This document shows positions 40,346 through 49,929 of a stretch of 64,000 nt of DNA, piece after piece. Location: NCBI GenBank assembly GCA_913062575.1, contig CAJXVT010000007.1, positions 967-64,966 on the forward strand. The letters run 5' to 3'. Numbering within the stretch: the stretch's first letter is position 1; every line of letters starts with the position of its first letter. Source of the DNA: an uncultured Flavobacteriaceae bacterium. Its GTDB lineage: Bacteria > Bacteroidota > Bacteroidia > Flavobacteriales > Flavobacteriaceae. Under the pieces are notes generated by a model. The model did no database searches and had not been told where the DNA came from. It was given only the letters and a program-made list of their open reading frames with translations. Position numbers and translations under genes: made by a program.

Positions 40346-40394
40346 GTTAGTCAAAAATTACCTTTCTATTAAGGCAAGGTTAAGACTGTGTTAA
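40346..40394. promoter_or_regulatory. Pho-box-like direct-repeat array (11-bp period)
   Basis: GTTAG, ATTAC, ATTAA, GTTAA, GTTAA start at 40346, 40357, 40368, 40379, 40390. Confidence 0.6.
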
Positions 40395-40474
40395 GTCTTT
40401 AAATCATTGTAAAGGATTCGTTTTTTTACAATTATTATCCATACTTTTGAATCAAAACAAGACAGAATAGAATC

Positions 40475-41173
40475 ATGAAAAAAGATGATATTAAAATTTT
40501 ATTAGTAGATGATGAGCCTGATATCTTAGAAATAGTAGGATATAATTTAAGAAATGAAGGCTATCAAGTTTTTACCGCTTCAAACGGATTAGAAGGTGTA
40601 AAACAAGCTAAGAAAGTAATACCTCATTTAATTTTAATGGATATTATGATGCCAGAAATGGACGGAATTGAAGCTTGTGAAAAAATTAGAAAAATTAACA
40701 CTTTAGAACACGTAATTATTTCTTTTTTAACGGCTCGGGGTGAAGATTATTCTCAAGTTGCAGGTTTTGATGCTGGCGCAGATGATTATATTACAAAGCC
40801 TATCAAACCTAAAGTATTGGTAAGTAAAATAAAATCGTTGTTGCGTAGATTAAAAAACAAAGAAGAAGAAGATACTTCTACCATTATTGGAGATATTGTA
40901 ATTAATAGAGAAGAATATGTGGTTTTTAAAGGCGATAAAAAAATTATCTTGCCTAAGAAAGAATTCGAGTTGTTTTCGTTATTAACATCAAAACCTGGTA
41001 AGGTGTTTAAAAGAGAAGTAATCTTAGATAGTGTTTGGGGAAATGAAGTTGTTGTTGGTGGAAGAACCATTGATGTACATATTAGAAAACTAAGAGAAAA
41101 AATTGGAGACAATTATTTTAAAACCATTAAAGGTGTTGGCTACAAATTTGTTTTAGAAGATAGCGACAAATAA
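40475..41173 (+). CDS. OmpR/PhoB-family response regulator
   Basis: LLVDDE, DIMMPEMDG, GADDYITKP, RTIDVHIRKLREK, TIKGVGY; -7 element TACTTTTG at 40442. Confidence 0.93.
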   Translation: MKKDDIKILLVDDEPDILEIVGYNLRNEGYQVFTASNGLEGVKQAKKVIPHLILMDIMMPEMDGIEACEKIRKINTLEHVIISFLTARGEDYSQVAGFDAGADDYITKPIKPKVLVSKIKSLLRRLKNKEEEDTSTIIGDIVINREEYVVFKGDKKIILPKKEFELFSLLTSKPGKVFKREVILDSVWGNEVVVGGRTIDVHIRKLREKIGDNYFKTIKGVGYKFVLEDSDK

Positions 41174-41186
41174 AAAAACAAGCTCA

Positions 41187-42224
41187 GTGAAGTTTAAAAA
41201 AACATACTCTTTTGCCTTTACATCGGCATTGTATTTAACAATATTAGCAATTGTTATTGCTAGTGTTTCTTACGCTCTGTATACAAAAATTGGTTTCTTA
41301 ATAACCATATTGGCAGTAATCGCTTTGTTTATCTGTTCTTTTTTCATTATTCAATACAGAGTGGAACATTTTATTTACAGAAGAGTTCGAAAAATTTACG
41401 ACGATGTTTCTTTGTTAAACATTGATGATTTACAAAGAGAATCTGTAACTACAGATATGGAAACGCTTTCTAAAAGTGTTCAAAAATTTGCAGAAGGTAA
41501 ACGTATCGAAATTCAGAATTTAACAGAGAGAGACTCCTTTAGAAGAGATTTTTTGGGTAACGTTGCCCATGAGCTTAAAACACCCTTATTTACCGTTCAA
41601 GGTTATGTTTTAACCTTAATAGAAGGTGCGGCAGAAGATAAAGAAATCAGAGAGAAATATTTAGGAAGAGCAAACAAAGGTGTTGAAAGATTGGTGGCTA
41701 TTGTGAAAGATTTAGATATGATTACTAAATTAGAAACTGAAGGTCTAAAAATGAACATTCAACCTTTTAATGTTTTAGAACTCATTCAAAATGTCTTTGA
41801 CCTATTTGAAATGAGAGCAAAAAAGAAAAATATTTCTTTAGTGTTTGATAGAATTCATGAATTTCCAATTTTTGTAATGGGAGATGCCGAACGTATAGAA
41901 CAGGTGTTGATTAACTTAGTAGTTAACTCAATAAAATATGGTAATATCGGAGGGGTAACGACCATTGGAGTTGATAGTTTTAATGAAAATAAGTTTATTG
42001 TTAAGGTTTCAGATAATGGTGAAGGTGTGAAGCAAGAACATTTATCTCGTCTATTCGAACGCTTTTACAGAGTAGATCAAAGTAGATCTAGAGAACAAGG
42101 TGGCTCTGGACTTGGATTATCTATTGTAAAACATATTATCGAAGCTCACAACGAAAACATTTTACTAAAAAGTACTTTCGGAGAAGGTTCAGAGTTTTCA
42201 TTTACGCTCGAAAAGGCTAAGTAA
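41187..42224 (+). CDS. PhoR-like sensor histidine kinase
   Basis: Two N-terminal TMs; NVAHELKTPL, NLVVNSIKY, DNGEG, FERFYRVD, GGSGLGLSIVKH. Confidence 0.92.
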   Translation: MKFKKTYSFAFTSALYLTILAIVIASVSYALYTKIGFLITILAVIALFICSFFIIQYRVEHFIYRRVRKIYDDVSLLNIDDLQRESVTTDMETLSKSVQKFAEGKRIEIQNLTERDSFRRDFLGNVAHELKTPLFTVQGYVLTLIEGAAEDKEIREKYLGRANKGVERLVAIVKDLDMITKLETEGLKMNIQPFNVLELIQNVFDLFEMRAKKKNISLVFDRIHEFPIFVMGDAERIEQVLINLVVNSIKYGNIGGVTTIGVDSFNENKFIVKVSDNGEGVKQEHLSRLFERFYRVDQSRSREQGGSGLGLSIVKHIIEAHNENILLKSTFGEGSEFSFTLEKAK

Positions 42225-43244
42225 TTCTTTCTCTAAACTTATATTAATATCCTTTAACCCATTATAATTTCTCACCTCATTAAGTTTATCTATTGTAAAC
42301 TCTTTTTCTGAAGAGAATGGCGCTAAATTCTGTTTTTCTAAATTCCTCGCTAAGTATTCTTGCTCAGGTTGATTTTCTGTAGGAATAAAAAAGACTTTCT
42401 TTTCTTTAACTGATAAATCCATTATTGAAGAATAACCAGATCTACAAATAATCAGTTCAGATTGGTCAATTTCATTTTCTAAATCTGAAGATAATAAGTA
42501 GTTGTAAATTTTAATTCCGTTTTGCTCTTTTACAGTTTGTTGTTTTTCGATTTTCCCTTGTACCAAAACGACCTTTCCGTTGTAATCTTCAAACTCGTTT
42601 AACAATTTTGTTTCTAATGATTTCCTTTGGAATTCAATTCCTGACAAAATAATTAAAACATCATTTTTAATTGGTAAACTTTGTTTTGAAAAGCGAGATA
42701 AAGCTCCAATATACTGATAAGGGGTTTTCAATTTTTGTGCGTTTGAAAGCTCTCCAGACACTATTTGATCGTTCGAATCTGGAATCCAGCATTGATCAAA
42801 TTTATTGATAATACGTTGATGTATTTTACTCGAAACTACCGTTGTAAGACCTGATAATACATTCACTTGATGTGTTATGTACACAGAAATAACTTTGCTG
42901 CTTCTAACACCAAAACGATTGTCAGAAATGACTCCAACAACCGTTTTGTTATTTGCTATATATTTTTCAATTACTCTTTTTTCTTCTTTTATGGCTCTAT
43001 AAATTTTCGGAATCTGAAAAAAGAGACTAGTCTTTAAATTTTTAGCATATGATATTCCATAAGAAGGCAACTCTATCGATTCTAAATCAGGGAATTCTTG
43101 TTGCAAAAATAGCAAGGATTTTCCATCAGAAGCAATAACAGGTGTATACTTATTTTCTAATAAAAAACGAATAATTGGTACACATCGAGCGGCGTGACCT
43201 AAACCCCAATTCAGCGGTGCAACAATTATTTTTTTGTTTGTCAT
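42198..43244 (-). CDS. Glycosyltransferase (GT-B, GT28 C-terminal-like)
   Basis: PLNWGLGHA, ISDNRFG, CRSGYSSIMD, PTENQPEQ. Confidence 0.85.
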   Translation of the reverse strand: MTNKKIIVAPLNWGLGHAARCVPIIRFLLENKYTPVIASDGKSLLFLQQEFPDLESIELPSYGISYAKNLKTSLFFQIPKIYRAIKEEKRVIEKYIANNKTVVGVISDNRFGVRSSKVISVYITHQVNVLSGLTTVVSSKIHQRIINKFDQCWIPDSNDQIVSGELSNAQKLKTPYQYIGALSRFSKQSLPIKNDVLIILSGIEFQRKSLETKLLNEFEDYNGKVVLVQGKIEKQQTVKEQNGIKIYNYLLSSDLENEIDQSELIICRSGYSSIMDLSVKEKKVFFIPTENQPEQEYLARNLEKQNLAPFSSEKEFTIDKLNEVRNYNGLKDINISLEKELLSLFERK

Positions 43245-43272
43245 TCTAAATAAAAAAAGAATCTATTATACA

Positions 43273-43297
43273 AGATTCCCGCTTTCGCGGGAATGAC
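43273..43297. repeat. REP/dRS3-like palindromic element
   Basis: AGATTCCCGCTTTCGCGGGAATGAC contains ATTCCC-N8-GGGAAT; GC-rich in an AT-rich spacer. Confidence 0.7.
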
Positions 43298-43309
43298 AAG
43301 TTAAATATT

Positions 43310-44584
43310 TTATATTAAATCGAATCCGATATCTTTTCGATAATTCATCTTATCAAAATGAATTTTATCTATCGAGCTATACGTTGATTTAAGAGCTTCT
43401 TCAATGGTATCACCAAAAGATGTGATTGCCATAACTCTACCTCCGCTTGTAACAACATTGTTTTCTTTTGTAGTTGTCCCGGCGTGGTATACAATAGATT
43501 CCGTAATTTCATCAAAACCAGTCATTACTTTTCCTTTCTCATAACTTTCTGGATAACCACCAGAAACCAACATCACAGTTGTCGCTATTTTTGGGTTGAT
43601 AGAAAACGTTTTTTTATGCAAGGTTTGGTTTCCAACACCCTCGAATAAATCGAATAAATCAGATTCTATTCTTGGTAGTACAACTTCAGTTTCTGGATCT
43701 CCCATACGTACGTTGTACTCAATTACCTGTGGGTTTCCGTCTACATTCATCAATCCGATAAATATAAACCCTCGGTAATCTATTCCGTCTTTTTGCAATC
43801 CATTTACGGTAGGAATTACCACACGTTCTTCAACTTTTTGTAAGAAATCTTCAGTTGCAAATGGCACAGGTGATATTGCTCCCATTCCGCCAGTATTTAG
43901 CCCTTTATCTCCTTCTCCAATACGTTTGTAATCTTTTGCTGATGGTAAAATTTTATAACTTTTTCCATCTGTTAATACAAAAACAGACAATTCAATTCCG
44001 TCTAAAAATTCTTCTATTACTACAGTTGATGATGCGTCTCCAAATTTCTGATTAGAAACCATTTCTTCCAACTCTTTTTTAGCCTCATCCAAAGAGTCTA
44101 AAATTAGTACTCCTTTTCCAGCTGCTAACCCATCTGCTTTTAACACATATGGAGCATTCAATGTTTCTAAAAAAGTAAAACCTTCTGTTAAATTATCCTT
44201 TGTAAATGATTGATAACGGGCAGTTGGAATATTGTGTTTCTCCATAAATATTTTAGAAAAATCTTTACTTCCTTCTAATAAAGCACCGTCTTTTTTAGGT
44301 CCAATTACAGGAATATTCTTCAACTTATTATCTGTTAAGAAAAAATCATGAATTCCATTAACTAAAGGAGCTTCTGGTCCAACAACAACCATTTCTATTT
44401 GATTATTTAATACAGTTTCTTTTACTGCGTTAAAATCTGTTGGACTGATATTTACATTCGTAGCTATTTTTGCTGTACCTGCATTTCCTGGAGCAACAAA
44501 AAGTTGATTTACTTTGTTACTTTCAGACAGTTTTAAAGTAAATGCATGTTCTCTACCTCCAGAACCTAAAATAAGAATATTCAT
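43310..44584 (-). CDS. purD: Phosphoribosylamine-glycine ligase
   Basis: GSGGREHA, LEGSKDF, KADGLAAGKGV, NTGGMGA, EYNVRMGDPE. Confidence 0.97.
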   Translation of the reverse strand: MNILILGSGGREHAFTLKLSESNKVNQLFVAPGNAGTAKIATNVNISPTDFNAVKETVLNNQIEMVVVGPEAPLVNGIHDFFLTDNKLKNIPVIGPKKDGALLEGSKDFSKIFMEKHNIPTARYQSFTKDNLTEGFTFLETLNAPYVLKADGLAAGKGVLILDSLDEAKKELEEMVSNQKFGDASSTVVIEEFLDGIELSVFVLTDGKSYKILPSAKDYKRIGEGDKGLNTGGMGAISPVPFATEDFLQKVEERVVIPTVNGLQKDGIDYRGFIFIGLMNVDGNPQVIEYNVRMGDPETEVVLPRIESDLFDLFEGVGNQTLHKKTFSINPKIATTVMLVSGGYPESYEKGKVMTGFDEITESIVYHAGTTTKENNVVTSGGRVMAITSFGDTIEEALKSTYSSIDKIHFDKMNYRKDIGFDLI

Positions 44585-44642
44585 TTGTGTGTTGTGTTGT
44601 TGTTAAGGGTACAAATATACGTTCTGAAAATGTAATCTCAAT

Positions 44643-45401
44643 TTAATTTTTCCATTTCTTAAAGTATTTAATTGCAGAAGAAATATGGTGGAATAATAAA
44701 ATTATTTTTTGAGAAGATCCTCTTCTGTGATTGTGAACTATTTCTGTGCCAGGAAAATACATTTTTCGTTTTCCTTGCTTGTCAATTTTTTTACAAATAT
44801 CAACGTCTTCCATGTATAAAAAATAGCGTTCGTCGAACCCATTAATTGCTACAAAGTCTGCAGTGTTAAATAGTAAAAAACAACCTTGAAAAAAATTTGG
44901 ATAAAAAGATTTAATTAAATGCTCATCTCTGTACTCTTGCTTTTGAGTAAATTTTTTAAACACTCCAAACCTTCGGTATATCAGCTCCAAAAAAGTTGGG
45001 TATTTTCTACAAGTATATTGTAATTTACCATCAGGATATATAACTTTAGGAGAAACCATGGCGATCTCTTTATGGTTATCTAACTCTTTCTTTAGCTTTA
45101 ATAGGACTTCTGATTCAAAAATAACATCAGGGTTTAAGATTAGATGATATTTTGATGAACCTTGAATCTCGTTAATAACTAGATTATGCGCAGCTCCAAA
45201 ACCGCTATTTTTTCCAACAAATCTATATTCGATAGCTGGGTCTAAAAAATGATTTTGCAATTTATTTGTTGGAGAGTTATCTATTAAATAAAGCTTTTTA
45301 GATAGTGGTGTTTTTAAAAAACTATCAATTGTTTTTTGAAGCGTTTCAACATCTTCTTTATATAAAACTATTGTGGCAGATATTTCGACAGTTGTATTCA
45401 A
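44643..45401 (-). CDS. Glycosyltransferase family 2
   Basis: IDNS, GFGAAHN, ILNPD, GFDERYFLYMEDVD. Confidence 0.9.
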   Translation of the reverse strand: MNTTVEISATIVLYKEDVETLQKTIDSFLKTPLSKKLYLIDNSPTNKLQNHFLDPAIEYRFVGKNSGFGAAHNLVINEIQGSSKYHLILNPDVIFESEVLLKLKKELDNHKEIAMVSPKVIYPDGKLQYTCRKYPTFLELIYRRFGVFKKFTQKQEYRDEHLIKSFYPNFFQGCFLLFNTADFVAINGFDERYFLYMEDVDICKKIDKQGKRKMYFPGTEIVHNHRRGSSQKIILLFHHISSAIKYFKKWKN

Positions 45402-45403
45402 AA

Positions 45404-46762
45404 TTAATATGCTTTTTCTTCTCCTTTAACTACATTAAATACCGTTTGAAAAATGATTTTAACATCTAATAATATCGACCAATTTTCTATATAAAATATG
45501 TCTAATCTAATTCGGTTTTTAATGTCTGATTTCTTTCTAATCTCGCCTCTATATCCTCTTACTTGTGCCAAACCTGTTATTCCTGGTTTTACAGCGTGCC
45601 TATCTAAATAATTGTTTACATTCTTCTGATATTCTATTGATAAACTTTTTAAATGCGGCCTTGGTCCAACAACACTCATATCTCCAAGAAATACATTAAA
45701 AAACTGCGGAAGCTCATCCAAGCTTGTTTTTCTTAAGAAAGCTCCAATTTGTGTAACTCTTACATCATTTTTAACAGTGTGTTTATCGCCAGAAGCTATA
45801 TTGTTTTTCATTGATCTAAACTTATAACACACAAACAAATTGCCTTTTAACCCTTCTCTTTTTTGTTTAAAAAAAGCTGGCCCTTTAGATTCTAGTTTTA
45901 TTAAAATCCAAATTATTGGAGTTAACCACGAGAGAATACATATAATCGTAAAAAGCGAAAATAAGATATCAAAAACCCGTTTGTAAAATCTGTTTTCCGA
46001 GAATTCGAAAGGAAGCTTATTTACATTTAAAATTAGTAATGAATCATCATAATACTCTGCTTTATAATTTTTGCTAAACAACTCATCTGCATTAGGTATT
46101 AATTTTAAAACGATGTTCCTTTCGTTTGTAAAAGCTGTAATCTTTTTTAATTCTTCTTTTTTTAATTGTGATAATGAACAATATACTTCGTCTATTTCAT
46201 TTTCTAAAATAAAGGAAAAACAATCTTCAAATTTCCCTCGATATAATTTGTTCTCTGAAATTTCATTTGAGAAAAAAGCAGTTAAAATATATCCTAATTC
46301 TTTTTTCTTTTCTAAAAGTGTTGATAGTTTTTTCGTTGTATCATCTGAACCCAAAATCACAACTTTTCTGTAGTTATGACCATAAGATCTATATTTTTTT
46401 AATGCTGATAAAAAAGAAATCTTAACAACAGTAATTCCTATAAATATAGTTGTTAAGATCAGTGTTTGATTATTTACAATATCTCCTTCTCTAAAAAGAG
46501 AAAAATAAGTGAAAAACCCTAAGAAAAAAAGAGCAAACTGAACTGCAAGTAAACTGAATATCTTATAAAAAAGAGTATGTCTATATGTTTTATAAAAACC
46601 AAGAATTAATGATGAGAAAAGCCAAAAAAGATTGATATAAACTAAAAAACTAGGTTTTAAATATTCTTTATCAGAAATATAAAAAACAACGCTATTGATG
46701 ATTAATAAGTCAATCAACAACATTAATGGTCTAATAAATTTAGAGTACCGTTTAGTTTTCAA
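45404..46762 (-). CDS. Undecaprenyl-phosphate glycosylphosphotransferase (WcaJ-like)
   Basis: KRVFD, YKFRSM, RKTSLDELPQF, MSVVGPRP, KPGITGLAQV. Confidence 0.92.
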   Translation of the reverse strand: MKTKRYSKFIRPLMLLIDLLIINSVVFYISDKEYLKPSFLVYINLFWLFSSLILGFYKTYRHTLFYKIFSLLAVQFALFFLGFFTYFSLFREGDIVNNQTLILTTIFIGITVVKISFLSALKKYRSYGHNYRKVVILGSDDTTKKLSTLLEKKKELGYILTAFFSNEISENKLYRGKFEDCFSFILENEIDEVYCSLSQLKKEELKKITAFTNERNIVLKLIPNADELFSKNYKAEYYDDSLLILNVNKLPFEFSENRFYKRVFDILFSLFTIICILSWLTPIIWILIKLESKGPAFFKQKREGLKGNLFVCYKFRSMKNNIASGDKHTVKNDVRVTQIGAFLRKTSLDELPQFFNVFLGDMSVVGPRPHLKSLSIEYQKNVNNYLDRHAVKPGITGLAQVRGYRGEIRKKSDIKNRIRLDIFYIENWSILLDVKIIFQTVFNVVKGEEKAY

Positions 46763-47879
46763 GTTTAATTTTTAAAAAAGATTCAATTTTTGTCTTGAAA
46801 TTTACTAAAAAATGTTCTTCTGAAAACGTTTTGGCGTGTTTTTTAATCCAAACTACATTAAATTTCTTTTCATGCTCTTCAAAAAACGCAATAGTTTTTT
46901 CTAATGATGTTGTGGTTTGCTCATTAAAAAAAAGCCCAGATGATTCTTCAATTTTAAGTCTATTCTCAACAACTGTTTCTAAAGCTCCACCTTTTTTATA
47001 TGCAATTACAGGTAAGCCATAAGCCATCATTTCTAAAGGAATCATTCCAAAATCTTCTTCTCCAGGAAACAATAATGCTTTTGACTTTTGTATTTCTTTT
47101 TCTATTTTCCGCCAATCAGAAATGCTTTTAAATTCAATATTAGGTCTGGCAATTACTTCTAATTTTTGTCTTTCTGATCCATTTCCTATAATCACCAGTT
47201 TTTTACCATTTTTATTAAAAGTATCAACTAATAAATCAATTTTTTTGTAAGGTGTAATCGCTCCAAAACTTAAGTATTGATTTCTTTCTTTATCTAAATC
47301 AACATTATTTGTAAAAAGTTTATCCGCTATTGGCGGATATACAACCTCTGATTCTTTTTTATAATATTTTGTAATTCTTTTTGAAACATTATTAGAGTTT
47401 GAAAGATAAAGATCTACATTATCTATAGTGGTTTCATCCCATTTTTTGAGTTTTTCTAAAAAGAAACTCATCAATGGTCTTACAAATTTTGAAACAGATT
47501 CTAAATAGACTTGTTTATGGCTCCAACAATAGCGCATTGGAGAGTGTACATAGCAAATGTGTTTCGCGTTATTTTTAATTTGAATCCCTTTGGCTGGTCC
47601 AGATTCTGAAGAAATTATCAAATCATAGTCCTCTTTTAACTTTAATGATTTTATAGCAAAAGGATACAGTGGAAATATTTTTTGATACTGTTTTCTAAAA
47701 AACTTATTGTTAAGAGAAGATGTATAAATAGTATTGTTTTGTAGATGATTTCCGTATGTTTTTTCATCATAAAACAAGGTGTATATATCTGCATCTGGGT
47801 ATAACTTAAGTAATGATTCTATCACTTTTTCTCCACCTCTACGTGTAATAAACCAATAATGAACTATCGCTACTTTCAT
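46752..47879 (-). CDS. Glycosyltransferase family 4
   Basis: RGGEKV, YVHSPMRY, EDFGMIPLE, GGALET. Confidence 0.9.
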   Translation of the reverse strand: MKVAIVHYWFITRRGGEKVIESLLKLYPDADIYTLFYDEKTYGNHLQNNTIYTSSLNNKFFRKQYQKIFPLYPFAIKSLKLKEDYDLIISSESGPAKGIQIKNNAKHICYVHSPMRYCWSHKQVYLESVSKFVRPLMSFFLEKLKKWDETTIDNVDLYLSNSNNVSKRITKYYKKESEVVYPPIADKLFTNNVDLDKERNQYLSFGAITPYKKIDLLVDTFNKNGKKLVIIGNGSERQKLEVIARPNIEFKSISDWRKIEKEIQKSKALLFPGEEDFGMIPLEMMAYGLPVIAYKKGGALETVVENRLKIEESSGLFFNEQTTTSLEKTIAFFEEHEKKFNVVWIKKHAKTFSEEHFLVNFKTKIESFLKIKLEN

Positions 47880-49108
47880 TGATCTAATTTAGGCTTATAA
47901 TTATAAAATAATAAAGAAAAGAATGTAAAAAAAGTCAGTCCAATTTGTCTCTGTAAATAAGATTCTGTTATCCCTGAAATAACAAAAACAATAAGAAACC
48001 ACTTAAACATATAGCTCTTTTTTTTCCATGCATTTTTAAAAAGTTTAATCATTAAAATTAGAAAAATTATGAATCCGACTAAGCCGTATCTTAATGTTAT
48101 TTCTAAAAGATCATTATGTGCATTGTGTTTATTAATATAAGGTTCGCTTAAAATATTACGTTCCTTTTGCAATTGATCTAATCCACCGTCTGCACTTGCT
48201 CCTAAAATTGGTTGAGAAGAAATTACATTGATTACACTATTCCAGTTTGCTTGCCTAACGGAGTCATTTGATAGTAGTATTTTCTGAATTCTGTATACTA
48301 TATGTTCAGATCCTCTAATATGTTCTATTTTTTTATAATTTTTTAAGTAAGAAAATGACAAAATCATGAGTATTACAATACTAATTCCTGTTCCGATTTT
48401 TACTTGTTTGGACAATTTACTCGCTAAAAATAAGGTTGTTATGTATACAGTTAATAGAACTAAAGACATTATTCCTGATAGAAAAAACAATGATATTAAT
48501 TGAACCAATATCGCGATTGTTTTTAATGAATTATTTAATGTTTTCTTCTGGCTAAATGTAAATTTCACAGTACAAATAAGTGTAAAAATAAGAAGCATAG
48601 AAAGGTATGGAACATGCATCTCGTAATAAAGACCACTACTCACAAAGTTTTCTCTAGAGAAATCAGATAAAGCCATCTCTGATGTCAAGTTTCTATAAGT
48701 CAACATCACTAAAGAAACTAAAATAGTTAACAAAACAGAAGTAAATAAGCCTATATATGCCGCCTTGTGTTTTCTGTTGTCTACTCTGTTTTTTAAGTTG
48801 ATAAATGCTATCGGTAAGATTAAAAAAACAGTGTTTTGTTTAACCGATTCTAATGCCGTATCTACTTTAGTCGCATATAAAAGAGATGCTACTTGAATGA
48901 TAAAAAAGAAAAAATAATATGCATACACTTCTTTTCTGTTGATGCTTTTTATAAATGATGTTGCATTAAAAAAAACAAAAGAGAATAAAAAGAGAACGGC
49001 TATGCTAATACTCGTAAAAGCAAATGAAATTGGGATACTAAATGCTACGGTAAAAAGTAGTATTTCGAGTATTGTATTTAATTTATTTTGCTGAAAAATA
49101 TCCTTCAT
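47876..49108 (-). CDS. O-antigen ligase (WaaL/Wzy_C) family protein
   Basis: Polytopic membrane protein; R...W...PILG, NAHNDLL, GLVG. Confidence 0.8.
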   Translation of the reverse strand: MKDIFQQNKLNTILEILLFTVAFSIPISFAFTSISIAVLFLFSFVFFNATSFIKSINRKEVYAYYFFFFIIQVASLLYATKVDTALESVKQNTVFLILPIAFINLKNRVDNRKHKAAYIGLFTSVLLTILVSLVMLTYRNLTSEMALSDFSRENFVSSGLYYEMHVPYLSMLLIFTLICTVKFTFSQKKTLNNSLKTIAILVQLISLFFLSGIMSLVLLTVYITTLFLASKLSKQVKIGTGISIVILMILSFSYLKNYKKIEHIRGSEHIVYRIQKILLSNDSVRQANWNSVINVISSQPILGASADGGLDQLQKERNILSEPYINKHNAHNDLLEITLRYGLVGFIIFLILMIKLFKNAWKKKSYMFKWFLIVFVISGITESYLQRQIGLTFFTFFSLLFYNYKPKLDQ

Positions 49109-49928
49109 ACCTGCCTTTAAATCCTTGTTTAAAATACAAAAACATTTGTTTGTTAAAACATACTATCCCTTTTATCATTCCAATAATATAAATAAATAGA
49201 TAATAGAGAATATGGGTAAAACCAAATTGATGTTTCCTAAGAAAATACCCTCTTCCTTTTCCGTAGCGATAACTTCTTAACGCCGTTTTTTCATTATATG
49301 TTTTTACTGGGTTTGGGTGAAACATATAAAATTGTGGACAATAATTAAATGTAGCTCCTTTTTCTAAAAGTCTTAAAACCAAATCTGGTCCTTCATCAGA
49401 CCAAAAAGGTGATGTTGGAGAACCAACTCCCATATTGGGATCGAAAAGTAGATCATTTAACGTTGATGACTTTATAATTATTCCTGCTTCAATTACTGTT
49501 TCGAGAACATTTTTTCTTTTTATTTCTTGAGCTTTAGAAGCCATAAATACTGAAATTGCCTTTCCGTCAAATTTGTCTTTTGTGGTTGTAACAATGCCGT
49601 CAATTTTCGTTTTATTAAAATATGTATTTATTTCTTCGAGGTATTTTTGGTGAAATTCGCAATCATCATCAGGAAATAATAGAATTTGGCCTTTTGCCTT
49701 TTTTATTCCTAAATTTCTTGCGTTTGACGCTCCTTTTACATCAGTTATAATTTGTTGAAAGGAAAAATTTCTTTTAAAAGACACTAATGATTCCTTTAAT
49801 AAATCTCCATAATTTTGATCGATTAATAAAACTTCAAAATCTGTAAATGTTTGAACTGTTAAAGATTCTAACATCAACATTGTTTCATTTACTCTATGTA
49901 TTGTTGGTATAATTACAGAAAACCTCAC
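49083..49928 (-). CDS. Glycosyltransferase family 2
   Basis: SVIIPT, GASNARNLG, FPDDD; GTG start. Confidence 0.88.
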   Translation of the reverse strand: MRFSVIIPTIHRVNETMLMLESLTVQTFTDFEVLLIDQNYGDLLKESLVSFKRNFSFQQIITDVKGASNARNLGIKKAKGQILLFPDDDCEFHQKYLEEINTYFNKTKIDGIVTTTKDKFDGKAISVFMASKAQEIKRKNVLETVIEAGIIIKSSTLNDLLFDPNMGVGSPTSPFWSDEGPDLVLRLLEKGATFNYCPQFYMFHPNPVKTYNEKTALRSYRYGKGRGYFLRKHQFGFTHILYYLFIYIIGMIKGIVCFNKQMFLYFKQGFKGRYEGYFSAK

Positions 49929-49929
49929 C

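Noticed and set aside
40277-40354. N-terminal extension of the TonB receptor given in the ORF track
   Set aside because: It overlaps the promoter and repeat array; the signal peptide starts at ATG 40276.
42198-42224. 27-bp convergent overlap between the histidine kinase and glycosyltransferase genes
   Set aside because: Short tail-to-tail overlaps are common in compact genomes.
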